This document shows positions 40,853-52,903 of a stretch of DNA of 64,000 nucleotides, one piece after another. The stretch lies in NCBI GenBank assembly GCA_950097015.1, contig CATNEN010000003.1, forward strand, positions 7,502,001 to 7,566,000. The letters run 5' to 3'. Every line of letters starts with the position of its first letter. Position 1 is the stretch's first letter. This DNA is from Macrostomum hystrix (taxonomy: Eukaryota; Animalia; Platyhelminthes). The notes beneath the pieces are model-generated. The model made no database searches, was not told the DNA's origin, and saw only the letters and a program-made list of their open reading frames with translations. The translations under genes were made by a program, and so were the position numbers.

Positions 40853-43473
40853 TAATTTATAATTGTTTTGCATATTTATTACTTTAAGTAGTAAGAAAAA
40901 ACACTTTATCATTAACTTTCTACTTTAGCAGTAACACACAGGCTTCCGTTTGATTCATTTTCAGCTAAAATTGTGGCAATCGCCTGCTATAAACATATCT
41001 ATTCAATCAATTGACTGTGCAATACTAACACTAAGCAATATGCTGAGTGTAAATAAAGTATATATACTTTATTTTTCAGCTCTAGAATCTATTGCACCAT
41101 TCTAATCACCAATTCGTAAATTCACACAGACAATGCTTTTGTGTTAAATTTATATTGATTTTTCCTAAACCTGAAGTCTCACTTTTTAATTTATAATATT
41201 TTTATATTATCTCTATGAAACTGATTCTGCACAGATACATATTTTGTTTTACCACTGTAAAAACTTCTTAATGATGGCTTAAATCAAAGTAATGATGCAT
41301 TCCAAGTTTGAATGCTGTGTTTTTTCATTTTCATGGCCTTTTTATGCAAGTAGCTTGAAAATATTTATTAACCTAAATCCTTTTTTCTTTTATTATTGAT
41401 GTGAAGCAAATTAAACCTGGATATACAATTTTTTTCAGTATTATGCAGTGGATTCATGAAGTCTTACTTTGAAAGTTTTGCAATCGACAACATTGTTTTG
41501 TTTTAAATAATATTCACTGATTTAAATTTTAGTATATTTAAATTAAATGTAAATGAGCTTTCCAATTTCGATTGGCTAAGAACGCTAAGAAAAAGTACCC
41601 TACTAAAAATATTTAATATTTCAGACAATTGTTTATTTTCAGTTATATATTTACATTTTGAGACTAGAAATTGGTTTTCGGAGTAAGTTAAAGTACGTCG
41701 ATCGTGTTAGTTAATTATTGTCAGCTTTATAGTTATTGACACAAATAATTATTCACATACAAATCTGTTGAATTTTTAACCGCTCAACCATTTACGATCG
41801 TGTTTATAATCTGAATTCGAGTATGCTATGTAAGAAAGTGCTAAAACAATTTGGTATATCTTCTTTATGCACATTGACTACTTCTATTAGTAAACAACGC
41901 AGAGTTTGTAGTACGAATATCCAAGAAATCATGTACGAGTGTCCTGGATATTAAATTTCGTGAGACAATCAGAAATCGGTTTGGCCATACAAAAAGTGTC
42001 AACGCGACTACAATATAAAAAGAGACAGTGGTAACTATAAAATAATTTTTTAGAGCTAAATTTCCTAATTTACACCGTCGAGAAAATGTTTTAAAACTGG
42101 AACTAGTGTTTTCAGATAAGTCAAGGTTCTAAAACGATGATACGCGCTAATAATACATTTATGTATTGTATATTAAATACGCTATTGTAGCATGGGGGGC
42201 TTACCTCCTGGAACCTGTAGCGCCCCTTATGACCGTAACATTTTTGAAAGAGCGCACTTTCGATGCTGCATAGCAACTCGCTTCAGGTCAGCTTTAACAC
42301 ACACAACATAGGCTCGTGGTCAGAAATAGGACACATTACCCTGCTCTACAATGTACAAAAACGTAGCCTCAGGTTACTGGGCCTCCCTACACGAACGTTC
42401 GAACTCAATTATTAGACAGAGGCTCGAGAAACAAATGCGGCGTAGCCAACTGTCGCTTCCTTGGCATCATGCGTGTCTTTTATAACCTTGATAATTGAAG
42501 TCCTCAGTACTTTTGGACTGATGCTATCCCAATACTCTACACGTAAATAAAATGGTAACAGTAAATAGCTTTTTCGAATAAATATACTACATGTAGTAGA
42601 TCTTTGCTCGCCTACAGAATATATATGATTGCTCTTTTGCTCAAATTTCTCGAATTGTTGTTCGTATGAAGAAGTAAGAATTAGCTTTAGTGCGCGAATA
42701 AATAAAATTAAATAAAGTTAATAAACAAAAACTTTCGTTTGCCACGAAAGCTACTTTACAATTGACGACATATGCCTGTCTGATTACGTTTGTAATGAAA
42801 CTGGACCTATCATACGAAAAAAGAAATTTAGATTATAAATTTCCGAATAACAAATTTATCAACAATTATTGACCCTTCAAATGAATTCAGACTGTGTCCT
42901 ATTTTCTTCCTCTATGTAATTAGTAATTCTACTCAGTTTTATTATGAAAATGTATGAGTCACACAGGCGGCAAAACACACAGTTCGGTCTATTTAGAATG
43001 CTTTCACTGCAACTAAATAAGCTGCATTGCACGGTCGCGAATAGCGATCCAGCGTGGCTCGAAGAATTGCGCCAACATGAGTGAACCGCGCGAGAGCGAA
43101 TACGCGGGTGCTGGGCCACGCGCCAATTAATTTGAGGCGGTGGGCGATGTATAGAGCATATGGGTACATTTAGTCTATAGCTGGGTTCATGAATGTACAT
43201 ATCTTGTTTCTAAAAATAGAATCCTAGGCTGCATTGTCCAACGAGCTCCTTAGTCGACTACAGGTATAAAGCATGGTTAATGAATTTGTCTACCTTGCTT
43301 ATTCATTTAGCCTAGCAACTTTGAACGACTCTTTGAAGATATCAAATCGAGCAAACTACGCACATTGGGTGAGCAACAGGTCTTAAGTTTTAGCTTCCTT
43401 CAGTTCAGAGAAGAGGAAAACGTGTTCTTTGGCGGTCTTTGTAACCTGTTTGGATGTTAGAGTTTGAAACTAA

Positions 43474-44763
43474 ATGGAATACGACTGCCTATTCAAAATC
43501 ATTGTGATCGGCAGTAGCGGAGTTGGTAAGACCAACCTGATCAGTCGATTCACCAGAAATGAATTTCGCATCGAAAGTCAGACTACAATTGGAGTGGAGT
43601 TCTCAAGCAAGGTTGTGCCAGTTAATGGACGAACTGTACGCTGCCAGATTTGGGATACAGCAGGTGAGAATTGGTGTGGATTGTAGGAGGCAATTCTGTC
43701 CACTTCTCTGACTCCTGAGCACACAGATACTGCATGTACACAGGCACAGGCTGACTTTGATTCATTGTCAGGCAGAATATACACTTTCTCTCGGACTACT
43801 TTATTAGTTAATACGTAGACTTACGAACGTAATTTTACGTAGACTCCTATTCTACCAATTAAGTAGTCCGTGCTCTCTCTCTGTGCCTTGGAGGTGGGCC
43901 TTCAAGGGCGTAAATTTCACGACAAGCCTCCAAGCCTTTTCTCTAAAGTGAATGAATGTGGCCTCGCCGCGGAATCGAGCCTAGGAACCTTGGTGCGAGA
44001 GGCAAACGCGTCTGCCACCCACTCCCATAATGAATAGTGGTACCGCTGCACCTATCATGCAACGCTCCTTAACGCCGTTCAGTCCATGGACGCCCACTCA
44101 AATTTAACCCATGGTACCGGTTTTCACTAGCCTGTGCGTTGTGTGCAGATCTGAAGCAATGCGGAATTAAGCATTTAGCTCAGGAACACTAATTGCTTCC
44201 AAAATGATGCGATATCTTACTCTCTTTTACGCAGACTCACGTCCCTCCCCTACATTCTCGAACTCCGAAAAGGCCAGGATCGTTTCCGCGCAGTTACGAA
44301 GGCCTTCTATCGCGACTCTCTCGGCGCCCTGCTAGTGTTCTCAATTTCTAATCGAGCCTCATTCGACAGCCTCGGCTACTGGCTCGACGAGTTGCGACAG
44401 AATAGCAGCGAAGAAGCAATAGTGGTTCTGATTGGCAACAAACTCGATCAAGAGTTCGCGCGTCAGGTGACAAAGACTGAGGCGACAAATTTTGCTAGCG
44501 ATAATGGCCTGTCATATCTGGAGACTAGCGCCTTGGATACTACCAATGTTGAACAGGGCTTTAATCTGTTGATTCAGGCCATATACAAAACCTACAGTCA
44601 TCGCCTATTGGTTGACGGTCGTGCTAGTCGGACATCTATCCGGCCAAGCAGCACAGTTCAGCTGACAAGGTCAATCAGTGCGCAGCAGGAGGATAATGAC
44701 AAAGACTCAGGAGGCTGTTGCTCAGGGTTGAATCGATTTTCTGGCAAACTGACTGACGACTGA
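43474..44763 (+). CDS. Divergent Rab11-subfamily small GTPase, 226 aa. Exons 43474-43663 and 44273-44763
   Basis: [40 protein letters not shown]|[19 protein letters not shown]; phase-1 GT-AG intron. Confidence 0.9.
43790..44200 (-). mobile_element. Two SINE fragments in the Rab intron (family 2 at ~43790-44025, family 1 at ~44060-44200)
   Basis: Reverse complements of 10770-10930 (ctccaaggcacag, gaggccacattca) and of 31290-31420 (tccatggactgaac, gcattgcttca). Confidence 0.7.
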
Positions 44764-44776
44764 GCTGCCTCAAACT

Positions 44777-44884
44777 CAGGGAGGGGGCGCAGCCAGGGTG
44801 AGGGCAAGGAAGGCCGTGCGGCCCCCTAATAGTCTGACGAAACTATGTGGCGCCCCATAGGAAACCATGCTGGCTACGCTACTG
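44777..44884. mobile_element. 108-bp hAT-type MITE just after the Rab stop codon
   Basis: Ends cagg..ggcgcagccag and ctggctacgctactg; flanks ctcaaact and ctcaaaca (7 of 8 match). Confidence 0.7.
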
Positions 44885-45689
44885 CTCAAACAAGCCGTTC
44901 ATTATGCATTCCATTTGATCTCAAAATCCGCTTCTTGAACTCAAATTTTAGAACGAACTGTATGACTCCTCTCATTTCATAACATTTTATTTTCAGTCGG
45001 AAAAAATTAAGTTTAGCGTAGGAATATCGAACTAGTTTTTCGTAGATTTTAGAAGCAAATTACCTGAAAGAAGCCACACCGATACTATTTTGTTTGTTTG
45101 AAGTAATCTGATCGATACTTAATCGGATTTTTACTTGACATTGGTTGCGTGTGGCAGGTTCAAGAATGGATCTCTATAGATATAGCACCTACGTATACCT
45201 GCACTGGACGGGAAACAGTCTCAGTTTTAGTGCACCGGATCATCCGGGTGCTAGTTATGGAGGCCCATTGGTTTGGTGATGCAGACCTATATTGGCCTAC
45301 CAACCTTTTTTCCACTAAACAGGTAACTATTGAAGTCAGTACATATGTACACAGATATTAATTGACTTATTTCTTATGCAGTCAATTATTTAAATGCATT
45401 ATACAGTATGCACTTTTCTTTTCTCATGGTTGCAGTTGCTTTCCAGGATGACTAATATAAAACTTTCAAGTGTCGTTGTCTAACCCGAGTTTATAGTGCT
45501 TCAGTTCAACAGTGTTTATCGAAGGAATTGTTAGTTAAAACACAATTCGGCCTCACGGTGTTGACCAATCACAATTTGAGCGACGGGTTTCAACAAAGTT
45601 TAGCGTTTTGTCTATCTGCTGGCAGTGCGAGTAAATTATTTTTTTTTTCAGTAAAAATTTAACATTAAAAATACGAGCATAGCAATATA

Positions 45690-47332
45690 ACATGAGCACT
45701 GAAGCTATACTGATGTGACATGAGCATTGAAGTTATACTGATGTGACATGAGCATTAAAGCTATACTGATGTGACATGAGAATTGAAGTTATACTGATGT
45801 GACATGAGAATTGAAGCTATACTGATGTGACATGAGAATTGAAGCTATACTGATGTGACATGAGCATTGAAGCTATACTGATGTGACATGAGCATTGAAG
45901 TTATACTGATGTGACATGAGCATTGAAGCTATACTGATGTGACATGAGCATTGAAGTTATACTGATGTGACATGAGCATTGAAGTTATACTGATGTGACA
46001 TGAGCATTGAAGTTATACTGATGTGACATGAGCATTGAAGTTATACTGATGTGACATGAGAATTGAAGCTATACTGATGTGACATGAGAATTGAAGTTAT
46101 ACTGATGTGACATGAGCATTGAATCTAATCATGTGACATGAGCATTGAATCTAATCATGTGACATGAGCATTGAGTCTAATCATGTGAAATGAGCATTGA
46201 GTCTAATCATGTGACATGAGCATTGAATCTAATCATGTGACATGAGCATTGAAGCTAATCATGTGACATGAGCATCGAATCTAATCATGTGACATGAGCA
46301 TTGAATCTAATCATGGAACATTAGCATTGAGTCTAATCATGTGACATGAGCATTGAATCTAATCATGTGACATGAGCATTGAATCTAATCATGTGACATG
46401 AGCATTGAATCTAATCATGTGACATGAGCATTGAATCTAATCATGTGACATGAGCATTGAATCTAATCATGTGACATGAGCATTGAATCTAATCATGTGA
46501 CATGAGCATTGAATCTAATCATGTGACATGAGCATTGAATCTAATCATGTGACATGAGCATTGAATCTAATCATGTGACATGAGCATTGAGTCTAATCAT
46601 GTGACATGAGCATTGAGTCTAATCATGTGACATGAGCATTGAGTCTAATCATGTGACATGAGCATTGAGTCTAATCATGTGACATGAGCATTGAATCTAA
46701 TCATGTGACATGAGCATTGAATCTAATCATGTGACATGAGCATTGAGTCTAATCATGTGACATGAGCATTGAGTCTAATCATGTGACATGAGCATTGAAT
46801 CTAATCATGTGACATGAGCATTGAGTCTAATCATGTGAAATGAGCATTGAGTCTAATCATGTGACATGAGCATTGAATCTAATCATGTGACATGAGCATT
46901 GAATCTAATCATGTGACATGAGCATTGAATCTAATCATGTGACATGAGCATTGAGTCTAATCATGTGACATGAGCATTGAGTCTAATCATGTGACATGAG
47001 CATTGAGTCTAATCATGTGAAATGAGCATTGAATCTAATCATGTGACATGAGCATTGAGTCTAATCATGTGAAATGAGCATTGAGTCTAATCATGTGACA
47101 TGAGCATTGAATCTAATCATGTGACATGAGCATTGAGTCTAATCATGTGACATGAGCATTGAATCTAATCATGTGACATGAGCATTGAATCTAATCATGT
47201 GACATGAGCATTGAGTCTAATCATGTGACATGAGCATTGAATCTAATCATGTGACATGAGCATTGAATCTAATCATGTGACATGAGCATTGAATCTAATC
47301 ATGTGACATGAGCATTGAATCTAATCATGTGA
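45690..47332. repeat. Minisatellite switching from a 28-bp unit (gtgacatgagcattgaagctatactgat) to a 26-bp unit (gtgacatgagcattgaatctaatcat) near 46120
   Basis: Directly visible tandem units. Confidence 0.97.
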
Positions 47333-47867
47333 CTCACTTGATTAAAAAATCCTTCTAACGTTTCTAAGTATGGCACATTGTCAATATAATAAATACATCT
47401 GCAGGTCGATATCTTCACATAGTAAAATACTGCTTGACAATTTTAACTCCATGGCCTCGAACAAACAGTCATGCCCCGAAGGCACTGTTTCTTAGAATTA
47501 TTGTCACATGGCTGTCAAAGTGGGGCCATTTGAACAATGCATTCTATGAGAGTTTATACCTAACTGGTCATTCTGGAAAATTACTCAGCCTTTCTATTTT
47601 CTGAGTTGGAAATCTTTGCCTTGTGTATGTGTACTAGCTAAATGCATTCATTGCAAACACCACTTTGTAAAAGCAACAAGGCATACACAGTAAAATCTAT
47701 GCATATATATAGTCTCTATAAGAACAGGAAAGCTAGAGTTTCATCGGCTTGATTTTCAAAAGACATTCGACTCTACAACGAGGAGCCGATTCTGCCGACT
47801 TCCGAAGACACACACAGGTACGCCCAGACTCACACAGGTGTAAATTGCTGAACAAGTACCAAACAAC

Positions 47868-48076
47868 AAACAAGAATCAAGTCGCCAGCTCTTCAGACAG
47901 TCGAGATTGTCATCCGTTTATTTTATTTTATACCCCAATACACGAATTAGCACTTCGCTTCAGTGCGGCCTTGCCAGGCCTTCAAAATTTATCAGCATGT
48001 CACCCGAATGTGCCTGCAGCATCTCCGACCTCGATTCACAGACCTTTATCTAGACGGTGATGCTGGACCTTCAACA
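47868..48076 (+). mobile_element. Fourth, partial copy of the dispersed repeat from MARK introns 4 and 5
   Basis: aaacaagaatcaagtcgccagc...cacccgaatgtgcctgc...gctggaccttcaa matches 20143-20364. Confidence 0.8.
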
Positions 48077-48236
48077 AATTATAGGAAAAAATCCTTTTCC
48101 TACTGTTAATCCCTAGTGCTAATGGGACACTTAGAACCACGAACATTGGGCCCTAGAAGAAAGCATTTTGCAAGTACCCACATTATTCCATGCTCCTAAC
48201 TTTTCAGCAGTCCCGCTAAAGCTAGCTGACACCGAC

Positions 48237-48788
48237 ATGACGGCGGAACTGGAGACCACCACAGAGAAGCTGGAGAGCAGCGTGGCAGACGTTGCATACA
48301 GCGTGGAGGAAATTCTCGCAGCCGCCAATTACGACTCAATCCCTGTCACCAGCTCAGTCTACGTGGTGGCAATTGAAGGCCGACTGCAAAAATTCGCCGA
48401 GCACACTGTCGGATTCATCGAGACAGCCGTCAAGGTGACAAAGAACTACACCGGACCCAAGATTGAATACCTGATTGGAGCCGGCCTGGTCAGAGTGAAC
48501 TCGGGTGAGACTCCCCTGAATACCATCGATTTCACGGTGTTTGGCGCCGAAGCTTCAGCCTATGCTGGCGCCACCTGTCTGGGCTACGGAGCGAAACTAG
48601 TCCTCGCCGGCGGTCGCGTTTCGGCCTTCGATGTCACCATCGGTCTCGGCGTTTCCTCGGCCATCGGCATTGTTGACGATTCAATAACTGTCAAAGTGCT
48701 CGGCGCCGGATTTCAACTGGGACGCAAAGTAAGCATCAGCCTGTTTGACACATCCTTTGGCGTCGATTTTGGCCGACTCTGGAACTGA
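48237..48788 (+). CDS. Uncharacterised 183-aa protein with a Gly/Val/Ala-rich, beta-strand-like C-terminal half
   Basis: Strong GC3 coding bias; acceptor ttttcag at 48207 ahead of gacATG. Probable 5' UTR exon ends at cag|gtacgc (47817), downstream of a TATA-like region near 47705. Confidence 0.8.
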   Translation: MTAELETTTEKLESSVADVAYSVEEILAAANYDSIPVTSSVYVVAIEGRLQKFAEHTVGFIETAVKVTKNYTGPKIEYLIGAGLVRVNSGETPLNTIDFTVFGAEASAYAGATCLGYGAKLVLAGGRVSAFDVTIGLGVSSAIGIVDDSITVKVLGAGFQLGRKVSISLFDTSFGVDFGRLWN

Positions 48789-49654
48789 CGCTCGTGTTCT
48801 TGACTGTCCGCTGATGAAGCCGATTTTCAGCTTCTAAAGCGGCGTTCAAAGTGTTCCATGGATGTTACTTACTATGTGTTTTAAAAATGTGTAAATAAGC
48901 GATGTCGCTCGTTTTTTATTCCAAGTGTAGTTGAAAGCTAAATATACTCGTATTATTTAAAAAATGTTTTTTTACGTTTTTTAGTAAAGTGAATAATCGA
49001 CGGTAGTAGGTTTTTTAATTTTCTCGGAAAAATTTAGAAGTATCTTTTGGTAAGTTTTTTCTGAGAAAAAAATAATTTTCTGAAAATTATTAGGAATTTT
49101 CTGAGAAATCTCCACGATTAATTATTTAAACTGCTGATGCATTTCGTCCAACAAAAAAATTTCGTCAGAATCGATTTACGAAACAAGGTAATCGAGAGAC
49201 CTACAAAAGAGAATGGCACCTTTCTTTGTCGAAATCCATCATTCCGCTGACTCACGCTCACGCAGGTTTGTAACATTTGCCCTGACTTTCTCATCTATCG
49301 TTTCTCATCGCCCTCAAATGAATGTTGATCGAGTATTATTTGCCATCGACAACTCTACTAAAGTAGTTATTACAGTGTATTTCCAAGGATATTTACCCTG
49401 CTATTCTGTGATGTTTTTGATGATGTCTAGCAGAGGCACGTTGAAGATTTTGGCTTTAATAGCTCTCAAAAGGCGAAAGGGAAGGATGGTATTTGTGCGA
49501 AACAGCTCACACTGCTCAATCTCCCATGACGTCTAGAAGATGGGAAAAGTGCCTAGGTATATGCAAGTCACGTGACACTTTCTACAGTGTGCTTTTTTCT
49601 TGTTGTCCTTGCTCTGAATTCACAATTCACACTATAAACAATTTAGAAACCTTC

Positions 49655-49760
49655 AACTCACGACTTGAAGGTTAGGGGTTCGATTCCCGATTCCACTGGA
49701 GCAATTTGTGTCCTTTGCTTCAGTTCACGCAGCTGTTAAATGGGTACCAGCATCAGCTTA
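49655..49760 (+). mobile_element. Truncated family 1 SINE
   Basis: cacgacttgaagg..gggttcgattcccga..cagctgttaaatgggtaccagcatcagct matches 60541-60663. Confidence 0.75.
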
Positions 49761-50231
49761 TCATTCAATTTCTAGGAACTGAATCGTGACTGAGAAAATT
49801 AGAAATACATAAACAGAATGCTTGAGCAATTTGACAACAAATTTTTTTTCAAAGCTCCTTAATGTTTTCTGCGAAACATATAATCTGTAAGCAGCAATTT
49901 CGCATCATAACGAGACTCAGAACTAAATCACATGGCAGTTTTAAGAAGCTGAATAGATGGACATTGCTTCACAGATTGAGCAGGCTGGTCAAAATGGGAA
50001 TCAGCAGTGGAGTTTAGTACATCAGCAGCTCTGGTTGAGGACTGAAAAGCAACCTAGTAGTTAACCGAGTGGTCTGGCGGAAGTTGTACTTTTAACAAGC
50101 AAGCCGGATGACACCTGTCAGGTTTAATTCTATTCAACGTTTTTGAACCTTTTTGCAAATAAAATAGTTTAATACTTTCAATCAAATTCATACTTTCCAT
50201 TACCCTACTTGCAAGCTTGCATGTGATTTGA

Positions 50232-50720
50232 AGACAGGGGAGAGATGAGACAGGGGAGAGATGAGACAGGGAAGAGATCAGACAGAGGAGAGATGAGGCA
50301 GGGGAGAGATGAGACAGGGGAGAGATGAGGCAGAGGAGAGATGAGGCAGAGGAGAGATGAGGCAGAGGAGAGATGAGGCAGGGGAGAGATGAGGCAGAGG
50401 AGAGATGAGGCAGAGGAGAGATGAGATATGGGAGAGATAAGGCAGAGGAGAGATGAGGCAGGGGAGAGATGAGGCAGAGGAGAGATGAGGCAGAGGAGAG
50501 ATGAGGCAGGGGAGAGATGAGGCAGAGGAGAGATGAGGCAGGGGAGAGATGAGACGGGGGAGAGATGAGACAGGGGAGAGATGAGACGGGGGAGAGATGA
50601 GACAGGGGAGAGATGAGACTGGGGAGAGATGAGACGGGGGGAGGGATGAGACAGTAGAAAGATGAGACAGGGGAGAGATGAGACAGGGGAGAGATGAGAC
50701 AGTAGTGAGATAAGGAACGG
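50232..50720. repeat. 17-bp purine-rich minisatellite (ggagagatgaggcagag/ggagagatgagacaggg)n
   Basis: Tandem units; the reverse complement matches the repeat inside the MITE at 4015-4250. Confidence 0.95.
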
Positions 50721-51936
50721 AAGAGACTTGGTAGGAGGTATCCACATGTTGAGAGGTTTTGAAAGTCTATGAAATATGGAATTTTGCAAGTGATATTTGA
50801 TCTCATTTTGAACCCAAGCTCAAACCGACGTCAGGGAGCACAGGAAATAATTAGTACTCACCTCAGGTTATCCTGGAACCCTGGGAAAAAAACGATATTT
50901 ATCGAAACCAGAAGCCTATGACCAGATGGCTACAATGACAACAGCGGATATTGCCACCTTCCTATCTGATTAGATGTACACTCGAGAGCCTTGCTGCTTG
51001 CGGGAAATCGTATTTCCTGATTCATGGTCTTCCTGGGCCAGTTGATGCAAATCTATCCGAAGATCTGTCAGGATACCAGAGCCGCAGAGCGATCGTAAAA
51101 TCTGATCTAAAATGGGATTATCCAGCTCTCAGGGGGTCGGTTAACATGATTAGCGCATTGCAAATCGTCGGTGACTGATGTTACATATTACATGCATGTA
51201 CTCGTCATGTTTTCCTAGTTTATTCATCCCTAATCTACTAGGATTGCCTCTTTTTCGTATTATCACCTATCGTTTTTGCAGGGCTTCACTCTATAGCGTC
51301 TAGCTGATCAATCTCGGTAGATTCAAGCAGGTTTGTTCCCAAATCGCTCTGCATAACAAAATAGGCCAATCAGAATTCGCCATGTCAGTAGCTCGTATTA
51401 CGAGTGTCTTTAGCGAATCGCGAAGGGGCAGTAAGCATGTCAAACTGGTTGAGACAGCTCTTATTTATTTCGAACCCTGCTCATGCTCTTCTCCGCCTCG
51501 CCATTTCTAACTGGACCAGAAAATACAAAAGGAATCATTTAAAAAGTTTTAAACTTACCGCAATTACTTCTTCGATCGTGTAAGTGCTAACGGAGGTTGT
51601 GTCTGGACTTATATCAGATCAGAGAAAGTACGTCTTAGTTTTTTCTCTTCAAGAATAACGAAATCTGAGCATAGCCAGACATTATACTTGTTATCTTCTC
51701 AGACAAGACAGATAACACCGCCACGTATTTCGTTAGTCAAACTTTGACTATCCTTAGAACAGAGCAAAGATGACACTATACTAGCTAGAAGTGCACTTAT
51801 AATATAGTAAAATTAAAGTGCTATGTATCTAGGCGAGACAGGTTGAATTGAGTCAAGCAACAATGTTCAATGAGTGACAATGAGTGTCCTGAGTATTCAA
51901 AATTACTGTTTCCCCGAAACAATTTTTTTAGCAAAC

Positions 51937-52221
51937 ATGTCAGTTTTTGCTGGTGTGGCACTGATTGTTCTGATAGTTTCGATGCCAACTAAATCAACAG
52001 CGGGATCGGGCACCTCGATGGCTAACAACGACCGAGTCGATCCTGTGATGTCATACGCTAATGACGTCACCGTTGACAGTGAGAACACGCTTGGGAAGCG
52101 ACAGCAGGAGGACGCTTCGCTGAGTCATCAATACCGAGCCCACCTGCTGCGGCTGTGCCTGAAGCACCGCTTGATGTGCGACGAACTCGACGGCGGACCA
52201 CTCGGCTATGCTTATCCCTGA
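51937..52221 (+). CDS. Putative neuropeptide or peptide-hormone precursor, 94 aa
   Basis: Signal peptide MSVFAGVALIVLIVSMPTKSTAG, a GKR site, then a Gln-initiated peptide with two Cys. Acceptor ttttttag 5 nt before aacATG. Confidence 0.7.
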   Translation: MSVFAGVALIVLIVSMPTKSTAGSGTSMANNDRVDPVMSYANDVTVDSENTLGKRQQEDASLSHQYRAHLLRLCLKHRLMCDELDGGPLGYAYP

Positions 52222-52494
52222 TTGTACACCTGAACATTGAGACACTAACACCTGGATGTGTACACCCTGATGCACTTCCACTGTATACAATACCTTAAAA
52301 TATTGAGGAACAATAACAAGTCGACTAAAAACTGTTAATTCTGTTGTGCGTGATTTTCAATCACTATTGTCTAGCACGTTTCAAGGCGTGTTATATTTTC
52401 AAAGAATTCATAAAATACATTAAGTGAAAGGTAATGTGTGAGAATTTCAATCGATAAAAAGGTTGAGAGAATTTCTTTAGGCTGGAAAAATTGA

Positions 52495-52750
52495 TCGCGG
52501 AGGGGTGGATGAATGCCAGGGGGTAGGAATTCAGTCGGGAGGAGGGTTGGGTGAATGCCAGGGGGTAGGAATTCAGTCGGGTAGGAGGGGTGGGTGAATG
52601 CCATGGAGTAGGAATTCAGTCGGGTAGGAGGGGTGGGTGAATGCCAGGGGGTTGGAATTCCGTCGGGTAGGAGGGGTTGGTGAATGCCAGGGGGTAGGAA
52701 TTTAGTCGGGGAGGAGGGGTGGTTGAATGTCCGGGGGCAGGAATTCAGTC
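52495..52750. repeat. 43-bp G-rich minisatellite (gaatgccagggggtaggaattcagtcgggtaggaggggtgggt)n
   Basis: About 6 tandem units. Confidence 0.92.
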
Positions 52751-52903
52751 AGTTTATTGACTTTAAATATTTTATAAAATTAAAAGCTTTTAACCAGAGC
52801 GTCAGAATTTTTTTTTAGAAACAGAAAAGAGTAAAGCAGTAAAGCCTAACTTATTGAAATGATTGTCCGTTTGCATGATCAAAGTTAGACGAATTCGTCT
52901 TTT

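Noticed and set aside
45690-47332. Regular 26-28 bp repeats as a possible CRISPR array
   Set aside because: No unique spacers, no cas genes, eukaryotic context.
50054-50806. Overlapping SSLPCLISPLSHL ORFs, also at 3873-4317
   Set aside because: Stop-free purine/pyrimidine minisatellite, open in all three frames.
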